Positions 35,855-45,795 of a stretch of DNA of 45,795 nucleotides are shown piece after piece. The notes below the pieces were generated by a model. It was not told the DNA's origin and searched no databases. It worked only from the letters and a program-made list of their open reading frames with translations. Position numbers and translations under genes: made by a program. The stretch covers positions 1-45,795 of the forward strand of contig CAMOXX010000001.1 of the NCBI GenBank assembly GCA_946629475.1. The letters are read 5' to 3'. How positions within the stretch are numbered: position 1 is the stretch's first letter; every line of letters begins with the position of its first letter. Source of the stretch: an uncultured Blautia sp. Its GTDB lineage: Bacteria > Bacillota > Clostridia > Lachnospirales > Lachnospiraceae.

Positions 35855-38800
35855 CCTCCCTGCCGAGATCAAAGGACCAGATATATTTTTCCTTCACCGG
35901 ATGTCCGGTCAGCCTGGAAAGCGCATCCGCGTAATCATCGAGCTGAGTGCGGTAAAGCGTCAGCAGCTTTTCCGCACCGCCGTGTCCGGACACCCGGTCC
36001 GTCTTGTAATCGACCAGCACGATTTCATTTCCCTCATAAAAATACGCGTCGATAATTCCCTGAATCAGAACGCTGGTACCGCTGTTCCACGCGGGATCAA
36101 TCTCCGAGGCAGCACGGGCCATCATAAACGGCTGTTCGCGGAAAAGCGAGCCTGCGCGGTCCGCTTCCGCCATGCGCCTTCCCAGCTGTGAGCCGGCAAA
36201 CCGCACAATGTCCGAAGGCCGCACCGATGCTGCCTCGGCCCTGCCAAGCTTTTTCTCTTCCAGAAGGCGTTCCAGCTGCTTTTTTATCTCCTCTTCGTTC
36301 CCTGTTCCGGCAGAATAGTCCAGGCACTCCATCACTCTGTGGTAGGCGGTGCCACGGCTGCTGCCCGCAAGGATTTCCTCCTGCTCCTCCTGCAGAAAAA
36401 CAGGCACGAGCGGGATCACCGGCTCCTCGTGATCCGTGCTGTTCTCCAGTTCTTCCTCCTCATGGTAGCTCCGTTTTTTCAGTTCGGACACCGTCATCTT
36501 CACCGGGATCCCGGCAAGCTCCCCATGCGGATATCGGAACGCAAAACGTTCCTCCAGTTCTTTCCGGATTCCGGCATCCTTCACCTGGTCCGCATCGGCA
36601 TTCTGCAGATACGCAAGCACCGACAGGTCCCGGACGCGGGAGTACGCTTCATCCTTCACCAGTTTTTTTACATCAGCGATCTGCACCGCAAACTCTGAAG
36701 GATCGTCATGCAGCAGCGGGTTTTTCCCCGGCAGCAGGCCTTCTTCATGAAAGACCGGCGCCATGCATCTGTGCCCCGAGAGGGCCATGAGGATCAGGTC
36801 CAGAGCGCATTTTGCCTTTCTGCGGTCCCGCAGGGAAAGCAGCTCCCTGGTTCTTGCGGCATTCTGCAAAAGCTTTTCCAGTGTCCCGCCGAAATTTCCG
36901 ACACTTCCTGTCAGAATCAGCTTTTCCTTCGCGCGGGTCAGCGCAACATACAGCACCCGCAGCTCCTCCCCGATGCTTTCCGACACAATGTGTTCCCTTG
37001 TCAGGCGCTTTTTTAAAAGCGGAACCCGGATTCCTCTCTCCGGAATCACTGCGTCCGGGGCAATCCCCAGATCCGCGTCAACAAGGATGGCTTCATTTGC
37101 ATCACGATAGTTGAAATTCTTGCCCAGGCCGGATACAAACACAACCGGGAACTCCAGACCTTTGCTCTTGTGGATCGTCATCAGGCGCACAGCTCCGTCC
37201 CCCGCGCCGGAAAGGTTCACCTCTCCGTAATCCACCTCATATTTGTGCAGATTTTCGATATACTGTACAAAGTGGAAAAGACCGTGATAGCTGGTTTTCG
37301 CGTATTCCATCGCTTTCTCGGAGAGCATCTCCAGATTGGCGCTCCTCTGGGCCCCGTCCGGCATCGCCTTCAGGATACTTCCGTATCCCGTATCGCGCAG
37401 GATCTCGCGGATCAGCTGATGCACGGGAACAAACGCCGCCCTTCTCCGGAAGGCATTCATCATTTCGGCAAAGCCGTACAGCTTCTCATACAGGGGATCT
37501 CCCCTCCGCCCCTCTTCGTCCGAAAGGAGGGCTGTCACGCTGTCAAAAAGCATTCCGCCGCCGTACTCCGAACGCAGAACAGCGAGCTCCTCATCCGTAC
37601 AGGAGACAATCGGCGACCTCAGGACTCCCAGAAGCGGGATGTCCTGCCTGGGGTTGTCCAGTATCCTCAGATAATTCAGCATTGTCACCACCTCGGACGC
37701 CGAAAAATACCCGCTGCGGGAGGCGGCATATGCGGGAATGCCCCGGGATGTCAGCACATCCATGAACGGCTCGGACCAGCCCGAAAAGCTGCGGAGCAGA
37801 ATCGCGATATCTCCGTACCGGACCGGCCGGTGACCTCCGGACTCCCGGTCGTAAACGGTTTCATTCCCGACCATGCTCTGAATCCTGTCAGCGATCAGCA
37901 TCGCCTCGAGCTCCCGGTCCGTGCGGACGGATTCCTCATCCTCCAGAAGAGGATCATCCTTCCTCACCAGCAGAAGCTCCGCGCGCGCGGATTTCTCATC
38001 CTGCCCCTCCGGAAAAGAGGCTCCCGGATACAGGGCTTCCTCCTCCCCGTAGTCGATCCCGCCGAGGTCGCTGCCCATGATCTGACGGAAAATGTAATTC
38101 ACTGCGGAAAGCACCTCACTGCGGCTCCGGAAATTTTTGTGCAGATCGACCCGCACTTCATCCCCGTCCTCTTTCGAAAAGCGATGGTACTTTTCCATAA
38201 AAAGCTCCGGTCTGGCAAGACGGAACCGGTAGATGCTCTGCTTAACGTCCCCGACCATAAAGATATTGTGCCGATGATTCACCCATCCGGAAACATATCC
38301 CGCGATCCTCTCCTGCACAAGATTGCTGTCCTGATACTCATCGATCATCACCTCATCGAACTTTTCCGAGAGCTCCCCCGCGGCGGCTGACCCGCCCTTC
38401 TCTCCCTCTCCCGGGGACAGAATCTTCAGGGCCAGATGCTCCATATCTGTAAAATCCAGGACGTTTTTATCACGCTTCTTCGCCGAAAAGAGCTCCATAA
38501 ACCTTTCGACTGTGCGGATCAGCGTTTCCGCCGGGCGGCGGCTGAGCCTTAACAGCTCCAGGTTCTCCTCCAGATCACAGGAAAACCAGTTTTTTCTCAG
38601 ATCGTCCACCGACGCCTTCACATGATTCCGGATCTCCGAAACATTCTTTTTCAGGCTGTCATCCACATCCTTCGGCCGTTTGCGGGAGAGCTCCGGGAAC
38701 TTTTCCGACGAGAGCAGATTCACTATCCCGTCATAGTCCTTCTTTGCGCACAGGTCCGAAAGCCCGCTGAGCATCGCCAGGCCTTCCCGGATTCCCTCCT

Positions 38801-39542
38801 CAAAATGATAAGGCCCGTTCACCGAAAGGCAGAGTCTGAGAGCCTGCTCCATATCCTCCTGCATCCCGCAGAGTTCCGTCTCCGCGATGGTAAAGAGATC
38901 CTGTATCCACGGCTTTTCCATCATAGAGGCGCAGTCCTGCGCGTCAAATCCGGCCGCGCAGTCCGCAAGCCACTGCTGCGGATCCGGGCTGCTCATCGCT
39001 TTGTCATAGATTCTCAGGATCACATCCTTCAGGGATTCATCTGTTTTCCCCAGGCAGAAGCAGTCCAGCATATGGTTAAAATCCGGGGAGTCCTCCTTAT
39101 GGAACTCCTCCATCATTTCTTTCAGCGTATCCTGCTTAAGGAGCTCAAGCTCCCCCTCATCGGCAATCCGATAGCCCGGGTCGAGACCGATCAGATGAAA
39201 ATAGTTCCGCAGAAGCCACCCGCAAAAGCCGTCGATGGTTGTGATCTGCGCCATGTGGATCAGCATCAGCTGCTTCTGCAGAAAAGCGCTCCCGGGGTTT
39301 TCGTGAAGTGCCTGCTCCAGAGCATTCCGGATCCTCTCCTTCAGTTCCCCCGCAGCCGCCCTTGTGAACGTCATGATGAGCATCCTGTCAATGGAAACGG
39401 GGGCTGTCCGGTCGGTCAGCTTCGACATGATGCGTTCCACCAGGACGGCTGTCTTTCCCGAGCCCGCCGCCGCGCTCACAAGAATGCTGCTGTTCCGGAG
39501 CGCGATGACCCGCTTCTGCTCAGTGGTCCATTCTGTTCCCAT
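35841..39542 (-). CDS. addA: Helicase-nuclease AddAB subunit AddA
   Basis: SAAAGSGKT, TFTRAAA, IDEYQD, VGDVKQSIYRFR, NFRS, MTIHKSKGLEF, YVALTRA and nuclease GIID...VDYKT. Confidence 0.95.
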   Translation of the reverse strand: MGTEWTTEQKRVIALRNSSILVSAAAGSGKTAVLVERIMSKLTDRTAPVSIDRMLIMTFTRAAAGELKERIRNALEQALHENPGSAFLQKQLMLIHMAQITTIDGFCGWLLRNYFHLIGLDPGYRIADEGELELLKQDTLKEMMEEFHKEDSPDFNHMLDCFCLGKTDESLKDVILRIYDKAMSSPDPQQWLADCAAGFDAQDCASMMEKPWIQDLFTIAETELCGMQEDMEQALRLCLSVNGPYHFEEGIREGLAMLSGLSDLCAKKDYDGIVNLLSSEKFPELSRKRPKDVDDSLKKNVSEIRNHVKASVDDLRKNWFSCDLEENLELLRLSRRPAETLIRTVERFMELFSAKKRDKNVLDFTDMEHLALKILSPGEGEKGGSAAAGELSEKFDEVMIDEYQDSNLVQERIAGYVSGWVNHRHNIFMVGDVKQSIYRFRLARPELFMEKYHRFSKEDGDEVRVDLHKNFRSRSEVLSAVNYIFRQIMGSDLGGIDYGEEEALYPGASFPEGQDEKSARAELLLVRKDDPLLEDEESVRTDRELEAMLIADRIQSMVGNETVYDRESGGHRPVRYGDIAILLRSFSGWSEPFMDVLTSRGIPAYAASRSGYFSASEVVTMLNYLRILDNPRQDIPLLGVLRSPIVSCTDEELAVLRSEYGGGMLFDSVTALLSDEEGRRGDPLYEKLYGFAEMMNAFRRRAAFVPVHQLIREILRDTGYGSILKAMPDGAQRSANLEMLSEKAMEYAKTSYHGLFHFVQYIENLHKYEVDYGEVNLSGAGDGAVRLMTIHKSKGLEFPVVFVSGLGKNFNYRDANEAILVDADLGIAPDAVIPERGIRVPLLKKRLTREHIVSESIGEELRVLYVALTRAKEKLILTGSVGNFGGTLEKLLQNAARTRELLSLRDRRKAKCALDLILMALSGHRCMAPVFHEEGLLPGKNPLLHDDPSEFAVQIADVKKLVKDEAYSRVRDLSVLAYLQNADADQVKDAGIRKELEERFAFRYPHGELAGIPVKMTVSELKKRSYHEEEELENSTDHEEPVIPLVPVFLQEEQEEILAGSSRGTAYHRVMECLDYSAGTGNEEEIKKQLERLLEEKKLGRAEAASVRPSDIVRFAGSQLGRRMAEADRAGSLFREQPFMMARAASEIDPAWNSGTSVLIQGIIDAYFYEGNEIVLVDYKTDRVSGHGGAEKLLTLYRTQLDDYADALSRLTGHPVKEKYIWSFDLGREVIVD

Positions 39543-42500
39543 GGTTTTCCTCATCCTCCCTCAAAGCATCGGACATCAGAGACCAGAGCTCTTTTTCATC
39601 CGTGTTTCTGATTTCCCGGTACGCATACCCAGGTATCCCGCGGTCAAATCCGCATGATCCTTTGTACGGGCAGTAGTCGCAGGGTGCCGCCTGTCTGATC
39701 CGGTAAGGCCGCGCGCCTGTCTCCCCTCCGAGGATCCTCTCCCGGCTTTCCCGCGTCTTCTTTTTAACAAACTGCGTCAGCACAGCAAACTGTTCCGCGC
39801 TTGCCGCCGATCCCTTTGTCCGGCTGTCCGGCTCTCCCGTTTTTTTGCTGAGCGTCACGGGCAGGGAAATCTGGGTTTCGTCCATCGCGCGTATAACATC
39901 AGGACTGTCCGAGCACAGCCCGTTCATCCTGAGCGCCCGGAGGATCTGCTTTTCCACCTCCTCCGGCGCGTCATCGAACCCGGCCTCGAGCACGGGATCC
40001 TTCACATTGTAATAAAAAATGCCCGCCGGAACCACATCCTTGCCGGGATGCCTCTTCTCTTCCAGCTGCATGGCCGCATCGAGGTAAAGGACCAGCTGGA
40101 CCTGCAGTCCATGATACAGCTTCAACAGCTGGAAGGAGGTGCTGCCCGTCTTATAATCGATCACCTTCACATAGACTTTATTCTCCGTTTCCATGGTATC
40201 CAGACGGTCGATCCGTCCTCCGCCAAACGCGATTTCCACTCCTTCCGGGTCGAACCGGCCGGACAGGATCTGCTGCTGGAGTGCCCAGACGGTCCTTTTC
40301 AGAATTTTCCTCGCCCGCTCCGTCATCCAGGCATTGCGTGCACTGCTTTTCAGAATGGTGTTTCCGTAATCCGCAGCCAGAACATCCAGGCAGCGGTCGA
40401 TCAGGGCATCCCTGGCCTCCCCGCTGATATTCCGGAAGGAAAGCCCCTCCCGCCGCATCTCCCGGCTGAAGGCCTCCAGCGCTTCATGCACCAGATTTCC
40501 CAGATCGGCAGCCTGGAACTCATATTCCTGGCGTTCACGGATATCGAGCCCGTAGCGCAGAAAATGCGCGCAGGCACAGGACGCGAACCGCTCCAGCCTG
40601 GTCGACCCGTTTTCGGGGACATCCCCGTAGAGCGCTTTCGCCACGGCCGACCCGATCCTGCCCGAAGGCGCCCTCATAAACGCTGCGTCGATCATCTTAA
40701 GAACCTCCGGGCGGTACTTATCCTCCCGGAGATACCACCGGTAGAGCTCCGCAAACAGGGGAGATTCCTGCTGATCCTCGGGGATTTCCCCGATCAGGAG
40801 GTCATACCCGAGCTCCGGCTTTTCGGGAAGAGTATCCTTCCGGAACGGTTCGTTCCCGGGTGTCAGATCAGGATACAGCGAGCTGATATTTCCGATCAGA
40901 TAGGCCGGCCGCATCGGTTCCCCCCTGCTGCTCGACATGCTGTACGAAAGGCTGACCAGCTTCCCGGGCTTCGTCAGGTTCAGGTAAAGATAAAACCTCT
41001 GGATGTTCATCTGTTCCTTCGGGTCCGGGGCAAGCTCGGTCCCCTCCTCGAGGAAGAAATCCCGGTCCGCCTCCGAAAGCAGCCCTCCGGTATCGGCACT
41101 CTTCGGAATGTTTCCCTCATTCACGCCGACAAAGAACAGCACGCTGATATCCTTCAGCCTTGTTCTTTCCATATCTCCCACCAGAACCTGATCCTGCCCC
41201 GGGGGAATCAGGGCTACCTTCGCCTTCAGAAGCCCGGCCTCCAGCACCTGGATAAACTCCCGGCGGCTCAGCTTTTCATCCCCCAGGATCTCCACCATGC
41301 GGTCGAAAAGCTCCATGACGATCCCGAACACTTTCGAGTACTCTTTTTCCAGCGCCTTTTCCCCCGACCTGCGGAATGACTCCTGCCACACGGCAAGCTT
41401 TTCCTGAATATGGTTTCTACGCAGGAACCAGTAGAGCTGCGTGCAGTAGTCCTTCACTGTTCTGCACCGTGACAGTCCTTCCCGCAGTTCCCTCGTCTCA
41501 GATAGGAAGCGTTCCCGGATATCGTTCAGCACCTGGATTCCGGCCGGGTCCATACCCCGATAGACCCGCACCCATTTTTCATCCCACCTCTTAAACGAAC
41601 GGATGCCGACCGCCCGCACATAGTTTTCCAGGAGATCGGTTTCCTCCGGGGTGATCTCTGACAGGCCGCTCCGCAGGTAGCGGAACACGCTCTCAAAGCT
41701 GAAGCTTTTATCAACCAGCTCCATCGCTGCTCTCAGGTACTCTACAAAGGGATTCTGCATAATGCCGTGGGTCTCATCGATAAAGAACGGGATTCCAGCT
41801 CTCTCGAAGGCCTGGCGCGCCGCCGGGCTGTACTCCTCGAGGTTTCCCGAAATCACGGCAATGTCCCCGTACCTGAGCCCTTCCGTGCGCACCATGCGGC
41901 AGATCTGCCTGGCGGTCTCTTCCATTTCCGCCCCCGGGCTCTCGGCGCTGAAAACACGGATGCTCCCGGGGGGGCCGTCAAAGGACCGTCCATTGTAGCG
42001 GAAGAGGTTCTTTTCCAGGAACGCAAGGGCGGGAGCCTCCGAAAAACGGGACCGGCTGCTGTGGTGCAGAAGCACCGGCTCCGAAATCTCCGAAGCCAGA
42101 TCAGAGAGCCGGGATACCATCTTCCGGCTCATGGAAAACAGCGACCACGCTGATTTTCCGGCCGCGGTCCCTTCCTCCGCATCCATCGTGACCGTCACCA
42201 TCATATCGCGGCACACATGGAGGAGCTCCCTCAGAACATTCATCTGAACCGGCGTAAAGCCGGTAAAGCCGTCCAGCAGAATCACAGATCCTCTCAGCTT
42301 CTTCGACAGCGGAATTGCCTTTACCAGCTCTTCGAGGACCCCCTCTCCCGTCATGTACCGGTCCTCCAGATAATCGCAGAACCTCCGGTACAGGCGGCCG
42401 ATATCAGCAAGCTTCATGGAGAGAAGCGCGCGTTCCTCCGCCCTCCCGGCCATCGATACAGCTTCCTCCGGCGAAATATCATACTGCATGAACTCCGAAA

Positions 42501-42876
42501 TCAGCGACTTGACTTCATCCAGATACCCCGGCTTTCTGATCTGGCTTCCCAGAAACGGATAGTCCTTTTCCCGGTCAAGCACAAGCTTCAGAAGAACCAT
42601 GCTCTTTCCGGTATCGTCGAGCATCTTCAGCATATCCCCGCCCGTCTCCTCAAAGACCCGGTAGGCAAGCCTTGTGATGCTCACCACGTCGATATTCAGA
42701 ATCCCGCCGCGGCTGCTCATCTCGACCACAGTCTTCTGTGTCTGCATCGTAAACTGCTCGGGAACTACGATATAATACAAGACATCCGGACGGCATTCCG
42801 CCTCCCGGATGATCTTTTCGTATGCTGTATGGGATTTGCCGGTGCCGGAACCCCCGATGATAAACTGAAGCGGCAT
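39520..42876 (-). CDS. addB: Helicase-nuclease AddAB subunit AddB
   Basis: GGSGTGKS, VPEQF, DGFTGFTP, GRIDRLD...IDYKTG, and Fe-S cysteines (FASC and CDYCPYKGSC). Confidence 0.93.
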   Translation of the reverse strand: MPLQFIIGGSGTGKSHTAYEKIIREAECRPDVLYYIVVPEQFTMQTQKTVVEMSSRGGILNIDVVSITRLAYRVFEETGGDMLKMLDDTGKSMVLLKLVLDREKDYPFLGSQIRKPGYLDEVKSLISEFMQYDISPEEAVSMAGRAEERALLSMKLADIGRLYRRFCDYLEDRYMTGEGVLEELVKAIPLSKKLRGSVILLDGFTGFTPVQMNVLRELLHVCRDMMVTVTMDAEEGTAAGKSAWSLFSMSRKMVSRLSDLASEISEPVLLHHSSRSRFSEAPALAFLEKNLFRYNGRSFDGPPGSIRVFSAESPGAEMEETARQICRMVRTEGLRYGDIAVISGNLEEYSPAARQAFERAGIPFFIDETHGIMQNPFVEYLRAAMELVDKSFSFESVFRYLRSGLSEITPEETDLLENYVRAVGIRSFKRWDEKWVRVYRGMDPAGIQVLNDIRERFLSETRELREGLSRCRTVKDYCTQLYWFLRRNHIQEKLAVWQESFRRSGEKALEKEYSKVFGIVMELFDRMVEILGDEKLSRREFIQVLEAGLLKAKVALIPPGQDQVLVGDMERTRLKDISVLFFVGVNEGNIPKSADTGGLLSEADRDFFLEEGTELAPDPKEQMNIQRFYLYLNLTKPGKLVSLSYSMSSSRGEPMRPAYLIGNISSLYPDLTPGNEPFRKDTLPEKPELGYDLLIGEIPEDQQESPLFAELYRWYLREDKYRPEVLKMIDAAFMRAPSGRIGSAVAKALYGDVPENGSTRLERFASCACAHFLRYGLDIRERQEYEFQAADLGNLVHEALEAFSREMRREGLSFRNISGEARDALIDRCLDVLAADYGNTILKSSARNAWMTERARKILKRTVWALQQQILSGRFDPEGVEIAFGGGRIDRLDTMETENKVYVKVIDYKTGSTSFQLLKLYHGLQVQLVLYLDAAMQLEEKRHPGKDVVPAGIFYYNVKDPVLEAGFDDAPEEVEKQILRALRMNGLCSDSPDVIRAMDETQISLPVTLSKKTGEPDSRTKGSAASAEQFAVLTQFVKKKTRESRERILGGETGARPYRIRQAAPCDYCPYKGSCGFDRGIPGYAYREIRNTDEKELWSLMSDALREDEENHGNRMDH

Positions 42877-42906
42877 AATACTCCTTTCCGGCGGGCTGCC
42901 CGCCTC

Positions 42907-43785
42907 TCACCGGCATCTCTGCAGGATCTTTTTCAGTTCCTCTACCGTAAATGTATAATTCTTATTGCAGAAATGGCAGTTCATCTCAATCGGTTTTCCC
43001 TCCTGAATCATCTCGTTCAGGTCCTTTCTGCCGATACTGATCAAAGCCTTCTCGACTCTGTCCCTGCTGCAGTTGCAGTAGAATGATGTCGGAATGCGGT
43101 CGCTGATTTCAATGTCAAAGCCCTGAAGCACCTGCTGAAGAAGATACTCCGCGGAGTTCTCCTCCTCCAGAAGGCCTGTAACCGATCGGATTCCCTGAAT
43201 GTTTTTTTCCAGCCGGGAAATCACGTTCTCCTCCGCGAACGGCATAAGCTGCACAATAAAGCCTCCCGCCCGCTTCACCGTATTATCCCTGTTCATCAGG
43301 ACTCCCAGTCCGACGGCTGAAGCCACCTGCTCGCTGGTGACAAAATAAAATGTAAGGTCATCTCCGATCTCGCCGGTCTGAAGGTCGACCTGCCCGATAT
43401 ACGGCTCCTTCAGCCCCATATCCTTGATCACCTGCAGATAGCCGTTTCCGACCGCTCCGCCCACATCGAGCTTTCCCTTCGCGTTAGCCGGCAGCATCAC
43501 ATCCGGATTGTTCACATATCCTTTAACCCTTCCCGCCGAATCGGCAGTCACGGTGATGCCTCCGATCGGGCCGTCGCCGCGGACCTGGATCGTGAGGATG
43601 TCCTTCTCCCCCTTCATCATGGTCCCCATCATGGCTCCTCCCGTGAGAAGCCGGCCAAGCGCGGCTGTCGCGACGGGGCTTGTATTGTGATTCCGCCTGG
43701 CGGTCTCCACTGTTTCCTCTGTCACTGCCGCGAAGGCCCGGATCTGCCTGTCAGCTGCCATCGCTCTGATGATAATATCGCTCAT
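42907..43785 (-). CDS. hslO: Hsp33 redox-regulated chaperone
   Basis: ALGRLLT, GDGPIG, SEQ, AGGFIVQLMP and the CxC...CxxC zinc switch (CNC, CHFC). Confidence 0.96.
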   Translation of the reverse strand: MSDIIIRAMAADRQIRAFAAVTEETVETARRNHNTSPVATAALGRLLTGGAMMGTMMKGEKDILTIQVRGDGPIGGITVTADSAGRVKGYVNNPDVMLPANAKGKLDVGGAVGNGYLQVIKDMGLKEPYIGQVDLQTGEIGDDLTFYFVTSEQVASAVGLGVLMNRDNTVKRAGGFIVQLMPFAEENVISRLEKNIQGIRSVTGLLEEENSAEYLLQQVLQGFDIEISDRIPTSFYCNCSRDRVEKALISIGRKDLNEMIQEGKPIEMNCHFCNKNYTFTVEELKKILQRCR

Positions 43786-44579
43786 TGTATTCCTCCTGAT
43801 GGTTCCGCGCTGAGAGCGCTGCTGTCTTTTCCATGCTCCTGCGCTATGATAGTGATGCGTTCCGAATCCTCCCCCGGTTCCGCATCCGTATAGGCCTCCC
43901 GCACCTCCAGGACGCGCATCCCCGATTCACAGAGCAGACGGCACACCGTATCGCGGGGATATGCCCTCTGCAGATGTATTTCCTCGGATTTTTCAAAAAG
44001 GCCGTCGGGACGGGGCAGGAACAGGGTCAGGTCATATTCATTGACCATGCTTTCCCCATCATAATCGTTCTCCCAGATAAAGCTTCCTTCCTCACGGTTT
44101 TCGGCAATCGTTGTACTGCCAAGCACATCACGGTATTTGTGAACCGTATTCATGTCGAAGATAAAAATTCCTCCGGGATCCAGATAATTATTGACCAGCC
44201 GGAACGTCTCGAGCAGTTCTTCCTCCTCCAGGAGATAGTTGAGGGAATCGCACACGCTCACCACGGCGCGGACCGTCCCGTAGAGTTCAAACTCCGTCAT
44301 ATCCTGCATCAGATACAGAATGTTATGTCCCGACCGGGCTCTTTTTTCCGAAGCGGCCAGCAGCATCTCCTCCGACATGTCGACCCCGATCATATCGAAG
44401 CCATAATCTGCCAGAAGTTCCGTCATCGTGCCGGTTCCGCATCCAAGGTCAAGCACAAGACCGTCCTCAATTCCATATTTTTTCAGTTTTTTTCGGATAT
44501 AGCAGGCCCACGCCTCATAATCCACATTATCCTGGAAAATGTCGTAAACGAGGGCAAAATCTTCGTAAGAACCCATCAT
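43782..44579 (-). CDS. Class I SAM-dependent methyltransferase
   Basis: VLDLGCGTG, GVDMSEEML, QDM, DSLNY and PGGIFIFD motifs; overlaps the hslO start. Confidence 0.9.
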   Translation of the reverse strand: MMGSYEDFALVYDIFQDNVDYEAWACYIRKKLKKYGIEDGLVLDLGCGTGTMTELLADYGFDMIGVDMSEEMLLAASEKRARSGHNILYLMQDMTEFELYGTVRAVVSVCDSLNYLLEEEELLETFRLVNNYLDPGGIFIFDMNTVHKYRDVLGSTTIAENREEGSFIWENDYDGESMVNEYDLTLFLPRPDGLFEKSEEIHLQRAYPRDTVCRLLCESGMRVLEVREAYTDAEPGEDSERITIIAQEHGKDSSALSAEPSGGIQ

Positions 44580-44608
44580 CTCTCCTCCGGCTGATCGTTC
44601 GGACAGGA

Positions 44609-44644
44609 ATCACCCCCATACCCCTGACGGGATATGGGGGTGAT
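44609..44644. other. Strong intergenic hairpin
   Basis: Perfect 12 bp inverted repeat ATCACCCCCATA (44609-44620) / TATGGGGGTGAT (44633-44644), with no clear U-tract. Confidence 0.7.
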
Positions 44645-44653
44645 GAATACGGT

Positions 44654-45643
44654 TTATTCCTCGCCCGTAATCGGCATGTACCGGACATCGCCGGCCTCTC
44701 CATTATAGTAATAATCAATATCGTTCTGGTCATATACGATGGAAACATCGCTTTCGTCGAAGCGGTATACATTGCCTTCCTCGTCGGACCATGTCCCGTC
44801 ATCGTTGTTCCAGACCACAAACGGACGGCCGCTTCCGTCGTTGCTGTAGAGCGTCCTTGTGCGGTTGGTGTCACTGAGGTCATCCTCCGTGTAGCCTGCG
44901 CCGTCTGAAGCGGAAGCAGCATCCACCGCTTCACCTTCGCCGGTTCCTTCCCCTGCTGCCGCTGCGTCCAGCGCAGGAACTGCTGCTGCCGCACCCGCTG
45001 CGAGAGGCGAATCAGCCGAAAGAATCTTGAAGCTGTTGACCGCATTGTTCACCTTTGTGAGCACTTCATCGTCATCCGTGTTGACATTCGCGTTGATCTC
45101 GTAGTACTCTGTCTCGTTGCTGATATACTTGATGATATTGCTCACGACGCCGTCGCTCTTCTCGGTATTCAAATATTTCACCAGATAATAGATGACATTC
45201 ACGCCGCCCTGATCCTCATTGCTGTAGTTCAGGATCTCAAATTCGCCGTCCTCCAGCTCCTTTGCGCGTTCCAGCGTCATAGCCATATCCTCGGAATCCG
45301 GCAGGACCAGGGTGTCCATATCGGCTTCGTTTCCGTGGATAACCACGATCTTTCCGCTGTCGGACTCAATGCTTACGATTCCGTTGGCATCTGTCTTGTT
45401 CGACCAGTTCTCATCCGGCATATCAATCGAAATACTGCCGTCCAGAGAAGTATACACAGGTTCCCAGACCACCGGTTCCTCGGTCGGAACAGGCTCCTGC
45501 TCGGGTTCCGGCGTAGGCGTCGGATTCTCTTCGTCCACGATCACCTGTTCTTCAGGCTTCTTCCCTCCAAAATTACAGGCGGACAGAACGCACGAAAGTG
45601 ACGCTGCAACCGCCAGCAAGGCGAGTAATCTTCTGTTTTTCAT
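44654..45643 (-). CDS. Acidic lipoprotein of unknown function
   Basis: MKNRR plus hydrophobic core and lipobox LSAC; Pro/Glu linker; two globular-looking domains joined by an Ala-rich linker; AAGGAGG RBS. Confidence 0.8.
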   Translation of the reverse strand: MKNRRLLALLAVAASLSCVLSACNFGGKKPEEQVIVDEENPTPTPEPEQEPVPTEEPVVWEPVYTSLDGSISIDMPDENWSNKTDANGIVSIESDSGKIVVIHGNEADMDTLVLPDSEDMAMTLERAKELEDGEFEILNYSNEDQGGVNVIYYLVKYLNTEKSDGVVSNIIKYISNETEYYEINANVNTDDDEVLTKVNNAVNSFKILSADSPLAAGAAAAVPALDAAAAGEGTGEGEAVDAASASDGAGYTEDDLSDTNRTRTLYSNDGSGRPFVVWNNDDGTWSDEEGNVYRFDESDVSIVYDQNDIDYYYNGEAGDVRYMPITGEE

Positions 45644-45727
45644 GTTGTCCTCCTTAAGTTACATTTTCCCCCTTTTCAGGTGCATGTCAGATATGCTGCA
45701 CCCCCGGACATTTCCGGATTACTCACC

Positions 45728-45756
45728 ATTTTACCTTTTTCTTATGTTTATGTCAA
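45728..45756 (-). promoter_or_regulatory. SigA promoter upstream of the lipoprotein gene
   Basis: Minus strand TTGACA (45756-45751), 17 bp, TAAAAT (45733-45728). Confidence 0.7.
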
Positions 45757-45795
45757 CAAGTTATAGTAAGCGAGGAAAGCAATTGCGGTTTGAGC

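Overview
A 45.8 kb chromosomal window, densely coding and mostly on the minus strand. Protein similarity and gene context suggest a Clostridia genome, probably Lachnospiraceae. Left to right: (i) an FN3/SGNH secreted hydrolase, a zinc-ribbon protein, an atypical ClpX and HtrA; (ii) a cell-wall polysaccharide block (three GT2 genes, a WcaJ-type priming transferase, an LCP ligase) and a divergent DD-carboxypeptidase; (iii) a self-contained 15-gene bacterial microcompartment (BMC) operon at 13656-24502, bounded by a perfect TTGACA-17-TATAAT promoter and a terminator; (iv) two PHP phosphatases convergent with a pspC-cdd-deoC-valS-ltaS-nudix-hisC run; (v) rsmF, addAB, hslO, a methyltransferase and a lipoprotein. 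The main observation concerns the BMC operon. It has the gene set of the fucose/rhamnose glycyl-radical (GRM5-type) metabolosome: class II aldolase, CoA-acylating aldehyde dehydrogenase, two alcohol dehydrogenases, PduL, PduS/T/U/V, seven shell genes and a DeoR regulator. However, it contains no diol dehydratase of either type and no activase. Either the signature enzyme sits elsewhere in the genome, or this is an aldolase-driven lactaldehyde compartment. I saw no tRNA, rRNA, CRISPR array or mobile element. All calls come from reading motifs by eye; no searches were run.
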